A stretch of DNA of 64,000 bases from a bacterium (GCA_037301995.1 JAXVOW010000302.1:8-64007); one strand, 5' to 3'; shown: positions 50,546 through 60,569, counted from the first letter of the stretch. Numbers and translations: made by a program. The notes: generated by a model from the letters alone, not told the origin.

Positions 50546-51400
50546 TTATTTCTGTTCATCCACAGGCGGCACCATTTCCGCATAGGACTTCAGCATATCC
50601 GGCGTACTGGTGTAGTAACGTTTGTTTTTGTTGAGTGCTGCAATTTCCTCCATTTCCGTATCATCCAGACTGAAATCAAACAAATCAAAATTGGCACGGA
50701 TATGCTCCGGATTTTTTGAGCCCGGAATTACCACGTTCCCACTCTGAATATGCCAGCGAAGGATAATCTGCGCGTTGCTCTTTCCATACTTCGCCGCCAG
50801 CTTTGAGAATACCGGCTCCTCAATCAGCGTCTTATCTCCATGGCCCAGAGGGTACCATGCCTGGATAACCATATCTTCCTGTGCCAGAAATGCTTTCAAT
50901 TCCTGCTCCTGAGAATACGGATGTACCTCCGTCTGCAAAACAGCCGGCTTTACTTCGCAAACATCCAAAATTTCCTGAATCTGAGCAGGTGTAAAATTAG
51001 ACAATCCGATGGCTCTGACTTTTCCGGCTTTGTATGCCTGCTCCATCAGCTTGTATCCGGCAATGTAATTTCCTGCAGGCTGATGAATCAGCAACAAGTC
51101 AATATAATCTGTATCCAGACGTTCCAGAGTCTTCTCTACCGCATCCGCCTGCTCATAAAAGGACGGCCACAGCTTGGTTTCCAGGAATATCTCCTTCCGG
51201 TCAATGTCGGATTTGTGAATTGCACGGCCCACCGCTTTTTCATTCACATAGGCATTGGCTGTGTCAATCAGACGATAGCCTGATTGCAGGGCGCTGGTTA
51301 CAGAGGCCTCTGCTTCGTCAGGGCTTAACAGGAAGGTTCCAATACCAGCCATAGGCATATCTCCCCCGTTATTCAATTTAATATATTTCTGTCCACTCAT
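50546..51400 (-). CDS. Aldo/keto reductase
   Basis: IKLNNGGDMPMAGIGTF, DTANAYVNE, LETKLW, LLIHQP. Confidence 0.9.
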   Translation of the reverse strand: MSGQKYIKLNNGGDMPMAGIGTFLLSPDEAEASVTSALQSGYRLIDTANAYVNEKAVGRAIHKSDIDRKEIFLETKLWPSFYEQADAVEKTLERLDTDYIDLLLIHQPAGNYIAGYKLMEQAYKAGKVRAIGLSNFTPAQIQEILDVCEVKPAVLQTEVHPYSQEQELKAFLAQEDMVIQAWYPLGHGDKTLIEEPVFSKLAAKYGKSNAQIILRWHIQSGNVVIPGSKNPEHIRANFDLFDFSLDDTEMEEIAALNKNKRYYTSTPDMLKSYAEMVPPVDEQK

Positions 51401-51520
51401 CCTTACATCTCCTCTTCTTTTTTATATTTTTATTATAAATGTGTTTGCAGCCCAGCAGAAGTTCCTTCTGGTTTTTCAGTACACACCTTTGGGTTATACC
51501 CTTGAATTTCTGTGCGGATT

Positions 51521-52543
51521 TTATTGTATTTGTTGTCTATTTTTATCCTCTACAATTTTCGAGCCGCCAAACACTTCCGACATCTCCATCTGATTCAATG
51601 CCTCATCCAGCATCTGAACCTCCTGTGCTGTGAGCTTCACTTCCACTGCGCCTGCGTTTTCCTTCAGCCGGTCCAGTTTACGGGTACCGGGAATCGGAAC
51701 AATCCAAGGCTTTTTGCAAAGCATCCACGCCAGAGAAATCTGAGCCGGGGTTGCACCCTTATCTTCTGCCATATGCTGCAGCAGAGCAAGAAGTGCCTGG
51801 TTCTTTTCCACCGCTTCGTCCGTAAATTGCGGCATATTGCTGCGGTAGTCATATTTTGAATCAAACTTCTCGCCCTTTCCATACTTGCCGGTCAAAAAGC
51901 CGTTTGCCATAGGTGAAAATGCCACCAGACCAATCCCTAATTCTTCCAATACAGGAAACAGGGCTTCATACTGCCGCGCCATCATAGAATAACGGTTCTC
52001 CACAGCAGTCACAGGGCAGACAGCATTGGCACGGCGAAGATATTCCTCATTTGTCTCTGAAATGCCCCAATGCAGGATTTTTCCTTCTTTTATCAATTCT
52101 GCCATGACCTCCGCAACCGTTTCCGGTTCTACCGCAGGGTCAATCCGGTGCTGAAAATACAAATCAATATGATTTGTCTGCAGACGTTTCAGGGAGCCTT
52201 CTACAGACAAACGGATTACCTCTGGCCGGGAATCCGGAATTAAAGGGTGATTTACCGCCGAACTGCTCATATCAAAATGAATACCGAACTTACTGGCAAT
52301 CTGCACATGATTGCGCATTGGCTTCAGTGCTTCACCTACAAGCTGCTCGTTTATGTGCGGATTATCCTGCGTTCCATAAACCTCTGCCGTATCAAAAAAG
52401 GTGTACCCCAAATCATACGCATTGCGAATCATCTGGATGGTTTCTTCTCTTCCGGTGGGTGCGCCGTAAGCATGGCTAAAGCCCATACAGCCCAAGCCTA
52501 TAGAAGAAACCGGAAGGTCTCTTCCCAGTATTCTCGTTTCCAT
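51521..52543 (-). CDS. Aldo/keto reductase (long, ~340-aa type)
   Basis: ORF 51521..52642. The start was moved to METRILGRDLPVSSIGLGCMGFSHAYG (ATG at 52543). FDTAEVYG, IASKFG, LYFQHR. Confidence 0.88.
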   Translation of the reverse strand: METRILGRDLPVSSIGLGCMGFSHAYGAPTGREETIQMIRNAYDLGYTFFDTAEVYGTQDNPHINEQLVGEALKPMRNHVQIASKFGIHFDMSSSAVNHPLIPDSRPEVIRLSVEGSLKRLQTNHIDLYFQHRIDPAVEPETVAEVMAELIKEGKILHWGISETNEEYLRRANAVCPVTAVENRYSMMARQYEALFPVLEELGIGLVAFSPMANGFLTGKYGKGEKFDSKYDYRSNMPQFTDEAVEKNQALLALLQHMAEDKGATPAQISLAWMLCKKPWIVPIPGTRKLDRLKENAGAVEVKLTAQEVQMLDEALNQMEMSEVFGGSKIVEDKNRQQIQ

Positions 52544-52562
52544 ATTTCCTATACCTGTCCTT

Positions 52563-53012
52563 TCAAATTTTTCCGGAAAGCGCCTTTGCTTCGCCACTGT
52601 CCGTTGCCATTCCCACATACTCCATGCCATACATTCCCGCAAAGCGGCTCATGGTATATTCGGCCTTTTCCAGCATCCATGGTTCCGGAGCAGCACCCTG
52701 GAATAGAAATACAAATTTTCTTCCCTTTAGCGCTCCTGATGACACCGGACCGTAAAAACGGTCAATCAGGTTCCGTACCATTCCGCTCATATTGTGCCAG
52801 TAAACAGGGGAACCGATGACAATGGTATCTGCCGCTTTCATCCTCTCAACAATCTCTGTAAACTGGTCATCCTCAAAGTGCCGCCCATAACCGTACACCT
52901 TATAATCTACCATGTTCAGTGTCTGATATTCTTTTCCATCCATCAGCTTTTCTGCAAGCTCTGCAGTATTTCCATTTTTATTTGGACTGCCATTGATAAA
53001 TAAAATACTCAT
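52563..53012 (-). CDS. Cytoplasmic flavodoxin-fold NAD(P)H-dependent FMN reductase-like protein
   Basis: MSILFINGSPNKNGNT...IVIGSPVYWHNMSGMVRNLIDR. No signal peptide. Confidence 0.75.
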   Translation of the reverse strand: MSILFINGSPNKNGNTAELAEKLMDGKEYQTLNMVDYKVYGYGRHFEDDQFTEIVERMKAADTIVIGSPVYWHNMSGMVRNLIDRFYGPVSSGALKGRKFVFLFQGAAPEPWMLEKAEYTMSRFAGMYGMEYVGMATDSGEAKALSGKI

Positions 53013-53069
53013 TTTTTAAATCCTCCTTGTAAGTAAATTCTTCGTTATATAATGTTTACCTAAGAGTGT

Positions 53070-54632
53070 TTACTGACCGGAAAATACGTCCGTCAGGAAA
53101 CTGTCATAGGCATCAAACCAGTTTTCCCGATAGCCAAAACCATGAGGCCGGTCATCCAGCTGCAACCGCTCCACCTGTACTCCGGCAGCTTCTACCGCAT
53201 CTGCGTTGGAAAGAAACTGGTCATAAAACGGATCACGGGTACCATAACAGTAGAAGGTGGGTGGCAGATTCCCGGCACGAGGCATTTCCACATCCGTGCT
53301 GCCTACACTTAAGCGTCCATAAAAGGAATAAATCATTCCGTCGGCTGCGGCATCAGCGGAAACCTCATCCAGGGCATCCGGAACATAATCCGTATCCAAT
53401 GCCGTGCCATTCACCACTCCGTCAAAATTCAGCAGCATTTCACCTGCCAGAATACCGCCAGCCGAAAAGCCCATGACGGCGATGTCATTTTCATCAATTC
53501 CATATACATCTGCATTTTTGCGGACAAAACGGACAGCACGGGCCAAATCCAAGGCGCCTTCCTCCTGGGTATAGGGGCGCAGCCGATAATTAACGACAAA
53601 GCTCTGATAGCCCCTGCCTGCCAGTTCTTCGGCAACCGGCGTTCCTTCATTTTCATCACTGCGGTACTGAAATGCGCCTCCGGCGCAGATTAACACTGCC
53701 CCTTTCACTTCTGTTCCTTCCGGCACAGGAAAGCTTACCAGATAAGGGCGGAAATCCGGGTCATCCGAATAGTTTCCATTATTTTGTGTGTACTCGGTGG
53801 TTGCCGGAACATTACCTTCTTCCCATAAATAGAGTGTCTGGCTGTTATGAGAATCCGCAACAGCACTTAATACTGTATTGCCATTCCCAGTTTCCGGCAT
53901 CTTGACCTCCGCATTGATTCCAAGACCTTTCGCCCATTCCATAACCGTTTCCTCGCTTTCTGCTACATCATTCCGGGATAAAACCAATTCATTTCCCATC
54001 ATCAAAGCCCCCGGCTGCAGCTCAGAGATGGTATCCACTGTACGGGAAGCACCGCTTCCGCCATGGGTAATAAACGGAATAATCGTCTTTGCACCAAAAT
54101 CATATTCCTCCAGGAAGGAATAGATTGCCATGGGCATATCCCCCCACCAGTTGGGATAACCCAAAAATACATATTCATACTGTTCAAAATTCTGCACATG
54201 CGTGGCTAATTCAGGTCGAAAATCTTCGTCCTGTTCTTCTGCCGCCTGATTTACCAGCAGGTCATGGTCGAGCGGATAATCCTCCACCGTTTCAATGCGG
54301 AATAAATCTCCTCCTACCGTCTGCTGAATCAATTCTGCAACATACTTGGTATTGCCCAGCTTTTCACCGTCTTCTACGACAACACTGGCACCGGAAACGG
54401 CGTCTGTCCCGTCCACATCCTCCGGCACCGAAAAATAGGCAATCAATATATTGGAGCTTGCCGTCTGTGATTCTTCCGATGCTGGTGCATTGCCTTCATC
54501 TACGACAGACAATTCTGTCCGGCTGTCTGCCAAGGCTGTTGCCCCGGAAGTCCCGGCGCTGTTGTCAGTTCCACAGGCTGCAATACTCAGGCTGAGAACA
54601 GCAGCCAGCAAAAGAGCAATCATTCGCTTCAT
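53070..54632 (-). CDS. Lipoprotein fusion: flavodoxin-like domain plus alpha/beta hydrolase (esterase/lipase fold)
   Basis: Lipobox LSIAACG. N-domain ILIAYFSVPED...YVFLGYPNWWGDMPMAIYSFLEEYDFGAKTIIPFITHGGS. C-domain LICAGGAF...VMGFSAGG (GxSxG). Confidence 0.82.
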   Translation of the reverse strand: MKRMIALLLAAVLSLSIAACGTDNSAGTSGATALADSRTELSVVDEGNAPASEESQTASSNILIAYFSVPEDVDGTDAVSGASVVVEDGEKLGNTKYVAELIQQTVGGDLFRIETVEDYPLDHDLLVNQAAEEQDEDFRPELATHVQNFEQYEYVFLGYPNWWGDMPMAIYSFLEEYDFGAKTIIPFITHGGSGASRTVDTISELQPGALMMGNELVLSRNDVAESEETVMEWAKGLGINAEVKMPETGNGNTVLSAVADSHNSQTLYLWEEGNVPATTEYTQNNGNYSDDPDFRPYLVSFPVPEGTEVKGAVLICAGGAFQYRSDENEGTPVAEELAGRGYQSFVVNYRLRPYTQEEGALDLARAVRFVRKNADVYGIDENDIAVMGFSAGGILAGEMLLNFDGVVNGTALDTDYVPDALDEVSADAAADGMIYSFYGRLSVGSTDVEMPRAGNLPPTFYCYGTRDPFYDQFLSNADAVEAAGVQVERLQLDDRPHGFGYRENWFDAYDSFLTDVFSGQ

Positions 54633-54735
54633 CTTGTATTTCCTCCTTTTCGATTAATATTTATATAAGCAATTGCTATATTATCTTTTATCAGAAACGT
54701 AGTTGTGCAAAATTCAAGGTTTTTTAGTTGGAAGT

Positions 54736-56217
54736 TTATCGGGAAAACAGCCATCCCATGATTTCTTCGTCATAAGCAAACAGACCGCCTCCCCCATGTT
54801 CATTGGACATGCCCCGGTCAGTAAAATACGTATGCTCCTTCACATCCAGTACCAGCAGTTCGTCGATTTCCGCATCGTTCAAGCCCTGCTGCTCGTATAA
54901 AGCACGAAGGGTATCATAAGCCTCCCGGGTGGGTTCCAGACCATAATATTCATCATTGCGTCCGATAGCAAAATACACCGGCAACCGTTGCTCCACCACG
55001 GATTCATATTCCCCATCCCACTGGGAACTGACCTGAAGATAGGCGGTAAACAGCTCCGGCCGCTTGCCCATCACAACGGACATCGTCTCACCACCACCGG
55101 AAAATCCGTTGCCATATACTTTGGAAGAATCAATGTTGTATTGCTCCAGAAAATACTCCACCAGTGCAATCGTCTGATTTGCGGAGGTCTCACCCCAATC
55201 GCTTAACTGCGGTGCCACAACAATCATTTCACTGTTGTACTTCTGCGCTTCAAAGCCAAACTCTTCGGACTGTATATTTGCAGCAACACCTTGAAAATAC
55301 AGCCCTTCATATCCCGGCAGAGTAAAGTACAGGGCATATGGTCTGCTTCCATCATAGCTTTCCGGAATATAGACATTATAGTGAATATCACCCTCACTGA
55401 CGGAATGAAATACATTGTCAATGACAAAGCTCCGGTACTCTTCCGTTCCTTCCGTAACATAGCCCAACGTACTTTCCTCTGGTTTTGTATCCGTAGTTTC
55501 CATTTCGTTTTCAGTCTGACCGCTATCAGTATCCTTTGAGCCGTCTGTCTGCTCCAGCATACCGATTTCCGTGAGCCATGCAGCCACATCTGCCAGACTG
55601 GAATTATGTACACGATAGCCATCCAGAACTACAGCACCTTCCGAAACCGCCTGGATATAGTCCATGCTGATGCCAATCCCATTATCAGAACTGGTGCAGA
55701 AGGGCACAATAGTTTTTCCGTTCAAATCATAGCTTTCTAAAAAACTCCCGATTGCCATGGGCGCATTAAACCACCAAATTGGATAGCCTACATAAATGAC
55801 ATCATAATCATCCAGATTCTCCGGCTTCGCTGCCAGTTCCGGTCTCAAATTCAGCGCTTCCTCAATCCTCGCTGTAGCAGCCGTTCCCCAAAATGCACTA
55901 CGGTAATACCGTTTCGTCCGGATTTGATACAAATCTGCCCCGGTAAGCTCCTGAATCATTTTTGCTGCAGCCTCGGTGTCACTGCCATCCATATCCTGAT
56001 TGGAATTGGGTGTCGCAGAAGCCACGGCATCCATTGTATCCGGTATTTCCCCGGCTCTTGAAAAATACACCACCATGGAGCGGGTGCCATCTTCACCAGC
56101 CGTTATCTCGCTATTGGCGTCTTTAATCCGGCCGCCTAAGAACAGATACCAACAGGCAATTCCAAGCAGCACTGCCAGTGTAGTTATATTTAACAACCAC
56201 TTTTTTCTTTTTTTCAT
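54736..56217 (-). CDS. Membrane-anchored fusion: flavodoxin-like domain plus alpha/beta hydrolase (esterase)
   Basis: N-terminal TM segment. MVVYFSRAGE...VIYVGYPIWWFNAPMAIGSFLESYDLNGKTIVPFCTSS. C-domain VYGNGFSGGG (GxSxG). Confidence 0.8.
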   Translation of the reverse strand: MKKRKKWLLNITTLAVLLGIACWYLFLGGRIKDANSEITAGEDGTRSMVVYFSRAGEIPDTMDAVASATPNSNQDMDGSDTEAAAKMIQELTGADLYQIRTKRYYRSAFWGTAATARIEEALNLRPELAAKPENLDDYDVIYVGYPIWWFNAPMAIGSFLESYDLNGKTIVPFCTSSDNGIGISMDYIQAVSEGAVVLDGYRVHNSSLADVAAWLTEIGMLEQTDGSKDTDSGQTENEMETTDTKPEESTLGYVTEGTEEYRSFVIDNVFHSVSEGDIHYNVYIPESYDGSRPYALYFTLPGYEGLYFQGVAANIQSEEFGFEAQKYNSEMIVVAPQLSDWGETSANQTIALVEYFLEQYNIDSSKVYGNGFSGGGETMSVVMGKRPELFTAYLQVSSQWDGEYESVVEQRLPVYFAIGRNDEYYGLEPTREAYDTLRALYEQQGLNDAEIDELLVLDVKEHTYFTDRGMSNEHGGGGLFAYDEEIMGWLFSR

Positions 56218-56264
56218 GCTACTCCTTTCTTGCTCTTTGACTTACTTCTACTTATTCAGTTTAA

Positions 56265-57365
56265 TTAACGAAGACACTCCTTTACCATACCTGTGACTTC
56301 ATCTACAGAAAGCAGGGTAGAGATATCAATGTCTTTTATTGCTTCCGCAGAAATCTCTCCGTCAAAATGCATATCAACACCAAGCTCCACAAAAAGCTCA
56401 ACCATTTTATCAGCAGATTCCTCTATGCTTCCCTCATAGCTAAACACATCCTTAAAGTAACGTCGGATATCCGTATTATGGTATTTTGCCATCACTTTCA
56501 AAAACCGTGGAAACAGCGTCGTTAAGCTCTTGCGATAAGTTTCTTTATATAAAACCTCTGGAATAAACTCCAATTCATAAATGTCATACGCATAATTTTC
56601 TTCTTTTCCAAGCCCTAACCTTCCGGATGTCGAAATGGCTGCTCCATAAAGAATCACACCGCGCGCATCGGAATCTTGCGGATTTTCTTTCAGCTTCTTT
56701 GTCGCTGCAAGGACATTCCGAATCACAGAAATACCAATGTCATAGGATACCGGATTCATATCTCCAATAGTGGAAGCCGATAACTGTACCAGCGTGACCA
56801 ATCCGGTATAAGCCGTCATTTCCACACCAAGAGACATGGAATACTTCGGTACAAGAATCGCTATATCCGCCGCAATACCATAGGCAGTGCCAAAATCCCC
56901 GGTTCTGGAATCTGCTGATACAGCACCCAGACCATACTCCGAACCACTGGAAGGATAGGTTGGCATCAGGAGTAATGGCATTTTTTTAAGACCATACGGA
57001 TTCTTTTCCGCCTTTACATACGCCCAAAGATCATCCGTATGATGTGAACCAAATGCAATCAGCTTTGCACAATCCATAATGTTGGCGCCGCCTGCGCCAA
57101 TTACCAGCTCAATGCCCTTTTCTTTCACAAGGCGGATTCCTTCTTCAATAGCCTCCAGTTCTCTGGAAGCATTTCCAAGTTCATATAAGCTGCCGCCGGC
57201 ACTTTCCACCGCCTTCTTTACATCATCATAACAGCCATTCTTTTTCACAGAACCTCCGCCATAAACGAACAGGGTCTTTTTCCCCGCAGTAAATGCGGTT
57301 AAATCTGATACAGGGTCATTACGGAACAATAATTTCGTGTCACTTCTCAATTGAAAGTCCTTCAT
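56265..57365 (-). CDS. Iron-containing alcohol dehydrogenase-fold protein (apparently lacks the His metal ligands)
   Basis: LFVYGGGSVKKNG and VIGAGGANIMDCAKLIA match the Fe-ADH N-domain. By eye I find no counterpart of the DxxxH / HxxxH...H ligands seen in the paralogue at 58141-59310. Confidence 0.7.
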   Translation of the reverse strand: MKDFQLRSDTKLLFRNDPVSDLTAFTAGKKTLFVYGGGSVKKNGCYDDVKKAVESAGGSLYELGNASRELEAIEEGIRLVKEKGIELVIGAGGANIMDCAKLIAFGSHHTDDLWAYVKAEKNPYGLKKMPLLLMPTYPSSGSEYGLGAVSADSRTGDFGTAYGIAADIAILVPKYSMSLGVEMTAYTGLVTLVQLSASTIGDMNPVSYDIGISVIRNVLAATKKLKENPQDSDARGVILYGAAISTSGRLGLGKEENYAYDIYELEFIPEVLYKETYRKSLTTLFPRFLKVMAKYHNTDIRRYFKDVFSYEGSIEESADKMVELFVELGVDMHFDGEISAEAIKDIDISTLLSVDEVTGMVKECLR

Positions 57366-57387
57366 ATAATCAGCCTCCTTATCATTT

Positions 57388-58068
57388 TTACAGCCCCAGG
57401 CTTTCTACCCAGCTTTGGGCCTCCTCTTCTGAAACACCGGATGAGAACCGCATGCCCTCCAGCCAGTTACCGGTTCCTGCCGCTTCCTCCAGAAGCTCGC
57501 CGCTCTCTCCCAGTTCGGAAGAGGATGAGGTGCAAAATGGAATTACTGTTTTCCCGGTAAAATCATTTGCCGCAATGAATCCGTCTACCGGCCATGCTGC
57601 GATTCCCCACCAGATAGGATAGCCGATAAAAACAGTGTCATAGGATTCCCAGTCAGGAACCGTGGATTCCACAAGCTCCACTATTCTTGCATCGGGATTA
57701 TCATGCTCATACACAACACGGCTGTTGTCATCCGTCCAGTCCAGGTCATTGTCGCTATAAGGTTCCACCGGTATTAGTTCAAACAAATCTGCCCCAGCTG
57801 CCGCCGCAATATAACTGGCGGCCTCTTCGGTGTTACCCGTTGCGGAATAATAAACAACCAGAGTTTTTCCTCCTGTGGTTTCCGACACTTCGGCAGATAC
57901 CTCCTCCGAAGCTTCCGTAGTTGCCTCCGTTGACGCTTCAGCAGATGTTTCGGTATTCTCGCTGACGGATTGTGTGTCCGTAGTGTCATTTCCGCTGCTC
58001 TGACTGCCGCAGGCAGTCAAGGTGAAAATCATTAATAAACTTAAAAATAATGCTGTCATCTTTTTCAT
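57388..58068 (-). CDS. Exported flavodoxin-like lipoprotein
   Basis: Lipobox FTLTACG. TLVVYYSATGNTEE...YDTVFIGYPIWWGIAAWPVDGFIAANDFTGKTVIPFCTSSSS. Confidence 0.82.
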   Translation of the reverse strand: MKKMTALFLSLLMIFTLTACGSQSSGNDTTDTQSVSENTETSAEASTEATTEASEEVSAEVSETTGGKTLVVYYSATGNTEEAASYIAAAAGADLFELIPVEPYSDNDLDWTDDNSRVVYEHDNPDARIVELVESTVPDWESYDTVFIGYPIWWGIAAWPVDGFIAANDFTGKTVIPFCTSSSSELGESGELLEEAAGTGNWLEGMRFSSGVSEEEAQSWVESLGL

Positions 58069-58140
58069 GGTAAATCATCCTTTCTTTACATTTTTGTCTG
58101 GCCTCCCAAGACATCAGGTATACACTTGGGGTATTTCTGT

Positions 58141-59310
58141 TTAATAACATTCCCGGAAGATTTTCAATATTTCTTCATGGGTCATTTTCCTATAGCTGCC
58201 GGGAGAGAGGCTGCAGGAATCAGCAATGGCCTTCAGGTCCGTGGATTCATTTACACCCAGCTCCCGCAAGGTCGTGGGGAGACCGATTTCTTTAATGAAG
58301 TCCGCCAGAGCCTCCACACCGGCACGAGCCAATTCTTCTTCGGTTTTCCCTTCCGGCGGGATGCCCCATACATTTACGGCAAATTTCCGGAATTTAGACA
58401 GACCATCCCGATAAATGTGCCGGTAGTAGACAGGATGCAGCACTGCCAGTCCCGCACCGTGATTACAGTCTAAATAAGCTCCAAGCTGATGTTCCATCTG
58501 GTGACATTCAAAATCCGTCCGCTTACCCAGCTTAATGATGCGGTTTTCTGCCATGGCAGCCTCCCACATCAGGTTGCTTCGGGCTGTATAGTCCTCCGGG
58601 TTTTTCATAGCCGCACGCAGGTCACGGATTACGCCCCGCATAAGCGCCTCTGAAATATCATCCGACACATTTTCCTCATCCGGTTCGCTGAAATAGGTCT
58701 CCATAATATGGGATAAAATATCAAACCCGCCAGACACCATCTGTTCCTTTGGAACACTGTAGGTATAGGTTGGGTCCATAAGCGCAAACTTAGCGTTGCA
58801 TCTGGGATAGTCCCGCCCGGTCTTGACTTTCCGTTCCTCGTTAGTAATTACCGCACCGCCGTTCATTTCACTGCCGGTTCCCGCCGCCGTGACAATCACA
58901 CCCAAGGGGAGGGGCTCAAAATCAACAATACCGGGTCTCGCCCAGAAGTCCTCCCAAATATCGCCGTCATACACTGCTGCCATAGAGATAGCCTTACAGC
59001 AATCCATGACACTGCCGCCGCCCACACCGAGAATCATATCCACCCCGCTTTCCCGTGCCAGCCTTGCCCCCTCCAGCACCTTGGCATAAGTAGGATTAGC
59101 CCCAATGCCGGAAAATTCGACCACATTTTGTCCGGTCTTTTTTAAGCACTCCATCACTTCATCATAGATGCCATTGCGTTTAACAGAACCTCCTCCATAT
59201 GCCAGCATCACCGTCTGTCCATAGGACGTCGCAAGACTTGTCAGATACTCCTTTACGCAGCCTTTTCCAAAATAGATTTTGGTTGCGTTTTCAAAAATAA
59301 AATTATTCAT
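58141..59310 (-). CDS. Iron-containing alcohol dehydrogenase (butanol dehydrogenase/YqhD-like)
   Basis: MLAYGGGSVKRNG, GVGGGSVMDCCKAI, GGFDILSHIMETYF, CHQMEHQLGAYLDCNHGAGLA. Confidence 0.9.
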   Translation of the reverse strand: MNNFIFENATKIYFGKGCVKEYLTSLATSYGQTVMLAYGGGSVKRNGIYDEVMECLKKTGQNVVEFSGIGANPTYAKVLEGARLARESGVDMILGVGGGSVMDCCKAISMAAVYDGDIWEDFWARPGIVDFEPLPLGVIVTAAGTGSEMNGGAVITNEERKVKTGRDYPRCNAKFALMDPTYTYSVPKEQMVSGGFDILSHIMETYFSEPDEENVSDDISEALMRGVIRDLRAAMKNPEDYTARSNLMWEAAMAENRIIKLGKRTDFECHQMEHQLGAYLDCNHGAGLAVLHPVYYRHIYRDGLSKFRKFAVNVWGIPPEGKTEEELARAGVEALADFIKEIGLPTTLRELGVNESTDLKAIADSCSLSPGSYRKMTHEEILKIFRECY

Positions 59311-59340
59311 CTTCGTTCTCCTTTCGTTATATTTGTTTTT

Positions 59341-59548
59341 AGGTAATTGCGAAACTCATTATTTTAAAATGCGAGTTGTGCAAATGTAACAAATTTATGT
59401 TTGTAGGACATTTGAGAACGTCAGTGCTTAGCGAGGTACTTTCGAGCTTAGCACTGTTGCGTTCTCAACCAAGTGCAAACGGTCCGAAAAACATATTTGT
59501 TACATTTGTACAACGCAGGTTCTCAAAAAATCAGTTTCGCAATTACCT
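59341..59548. mobile_element. MITE-like 208-bp palindromic element with 16-bp perfect terminal inverted repeats and a 12-bp flanking direct repeat
   Basis: TIRs aggtaattgcgaaact (59341-59356) and agtttcgcaattacct (59533-59548). Flanking direct repeat atatttgttttt at 59329-59340 and 59549-59560. Internal arms also pair (gttgtgcaaatgtaacaaat/atttgttacatttgtacaac). Confidence 0.7.
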
Positions 59549-60569
59549 ATATTTGTTTTTGCCAGAATGCAATTGCCTCGTTAATCCAGCCTTCTGCCAC
59601 CGTACCGGTTCCCAGTCCAAAGCCATGTCCCAGCCCCGGATAAGAATGAAATTCTGTGTCGATTCCCAATGCACTCATACCATCCAGCCGCCGCTTCATG
59701 GTACGCCAGCTTGCAATTCCATCATTTTCTCCAACTGTCACAAATGTCGCAGGGTCATTTTCGCTGTATTCAGTTAAGCCGGTATACTGCATGATGACTG
59801 CAGCAGGCTGTGGAAGCGCCTCGGCACCAAAGGCTGCGGTTCCATAGGAGCCAAGCCATGCCGCCATTCTCGCACCGGCACTTCCTCCCCACAGAGAATA
59901 GCCGTCGGTGTTTACCTCCAATTCTCCGGCATGTTCAAAAATATATTGAATGGCACGGGCCAGATCTTCACAGGCTGTCTGCGCACCTGGCCGGTAAATC
60001 AAGGTAAATGCGTTATATCCTTGCTTGGACAGCTCCAAAGCATGAGGAAAGCTGTCCTGCATGGCTCCCACATAGGCAAACGCCCCACCGGCATTGCAAA
60101 TGGCAAATCTTTCGCCAGGGTTCCCCTTGAAAAAGAACAAGCCTGTATCTTCTTTTGCCGGGTCAGCCGACTTTTTTTCCTCTGTATAAATGTCATAAAA
60201 AATGACGTCACCAGAGGCGGCATGCTCCCTCATATAATTTGCAATTTCCACCGTCTCCTCCGAATCTATGTTGTTATACCAGGTCAGCTGCAGCTCCCCC
60301 AGCGTGTTCCCGCTGTAATAACCGGTGTCTACCGGAAAAATCAGCCTGCCATAATCTCCAAAAACAGGATCCTGAATGACATCGGATATGGCTGTGTCAA
60401 CGGTATACGAATTACGCATACCTGCATTGACTGTATTATCCTCCTCAGCTTCTGTCCGGATAGTGTTAGATGGCATATTCTGCTTTGTTGCACCTGTATT
60501 TCCACAAGCACTGAGTATCATCATAAACAGGACTGCCAGGATTCCCATTGCAATTACCCGTTTCAACAT
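59547..60569 (-). CDS. Alpha/beta hydrolase lipoprotein (esterase/lipase fold)
   Basis: ORF 59547..60587. The start was moved to MLKRVIAMGILAVLFMMILSACG (ATG at 60569, RBS aggaggg). ICNAGGAF...LWGGSAGA (GxSxG). The TAG stop lies inside the MITE terminal repeat. Confidence 0.82.
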   Translation of the reverse strand: MLKRVIAMGILAVLFMMILSACGNTGATKQNMPSNTIRTEAEEDNTVNAGMRNSYTVDTAISDVIQDPVFGDYGRLIFPVDTGYYSGNTLGELQLTWYNNIDSEETVEIANYMREHAASGDVIFYDIYTEEKKSADPAKEDTGLFFFKGNPGERFAICNAGGAFAYVGAMQDSFPHALELSKQGYNAFTLIYRPGAQTACEDLARAIQYIFEHAGELEVNTDGYSLWGGSAGARMAAWLGSYGTAAFGAEALPQPAAVIMQYTGLTEYSENDPATFVTVGENDGIASWRTMKRRLDGMSALGIDTEFHSYPGLGHGFGLGTGTVAEGWINEAIAFWQKQI

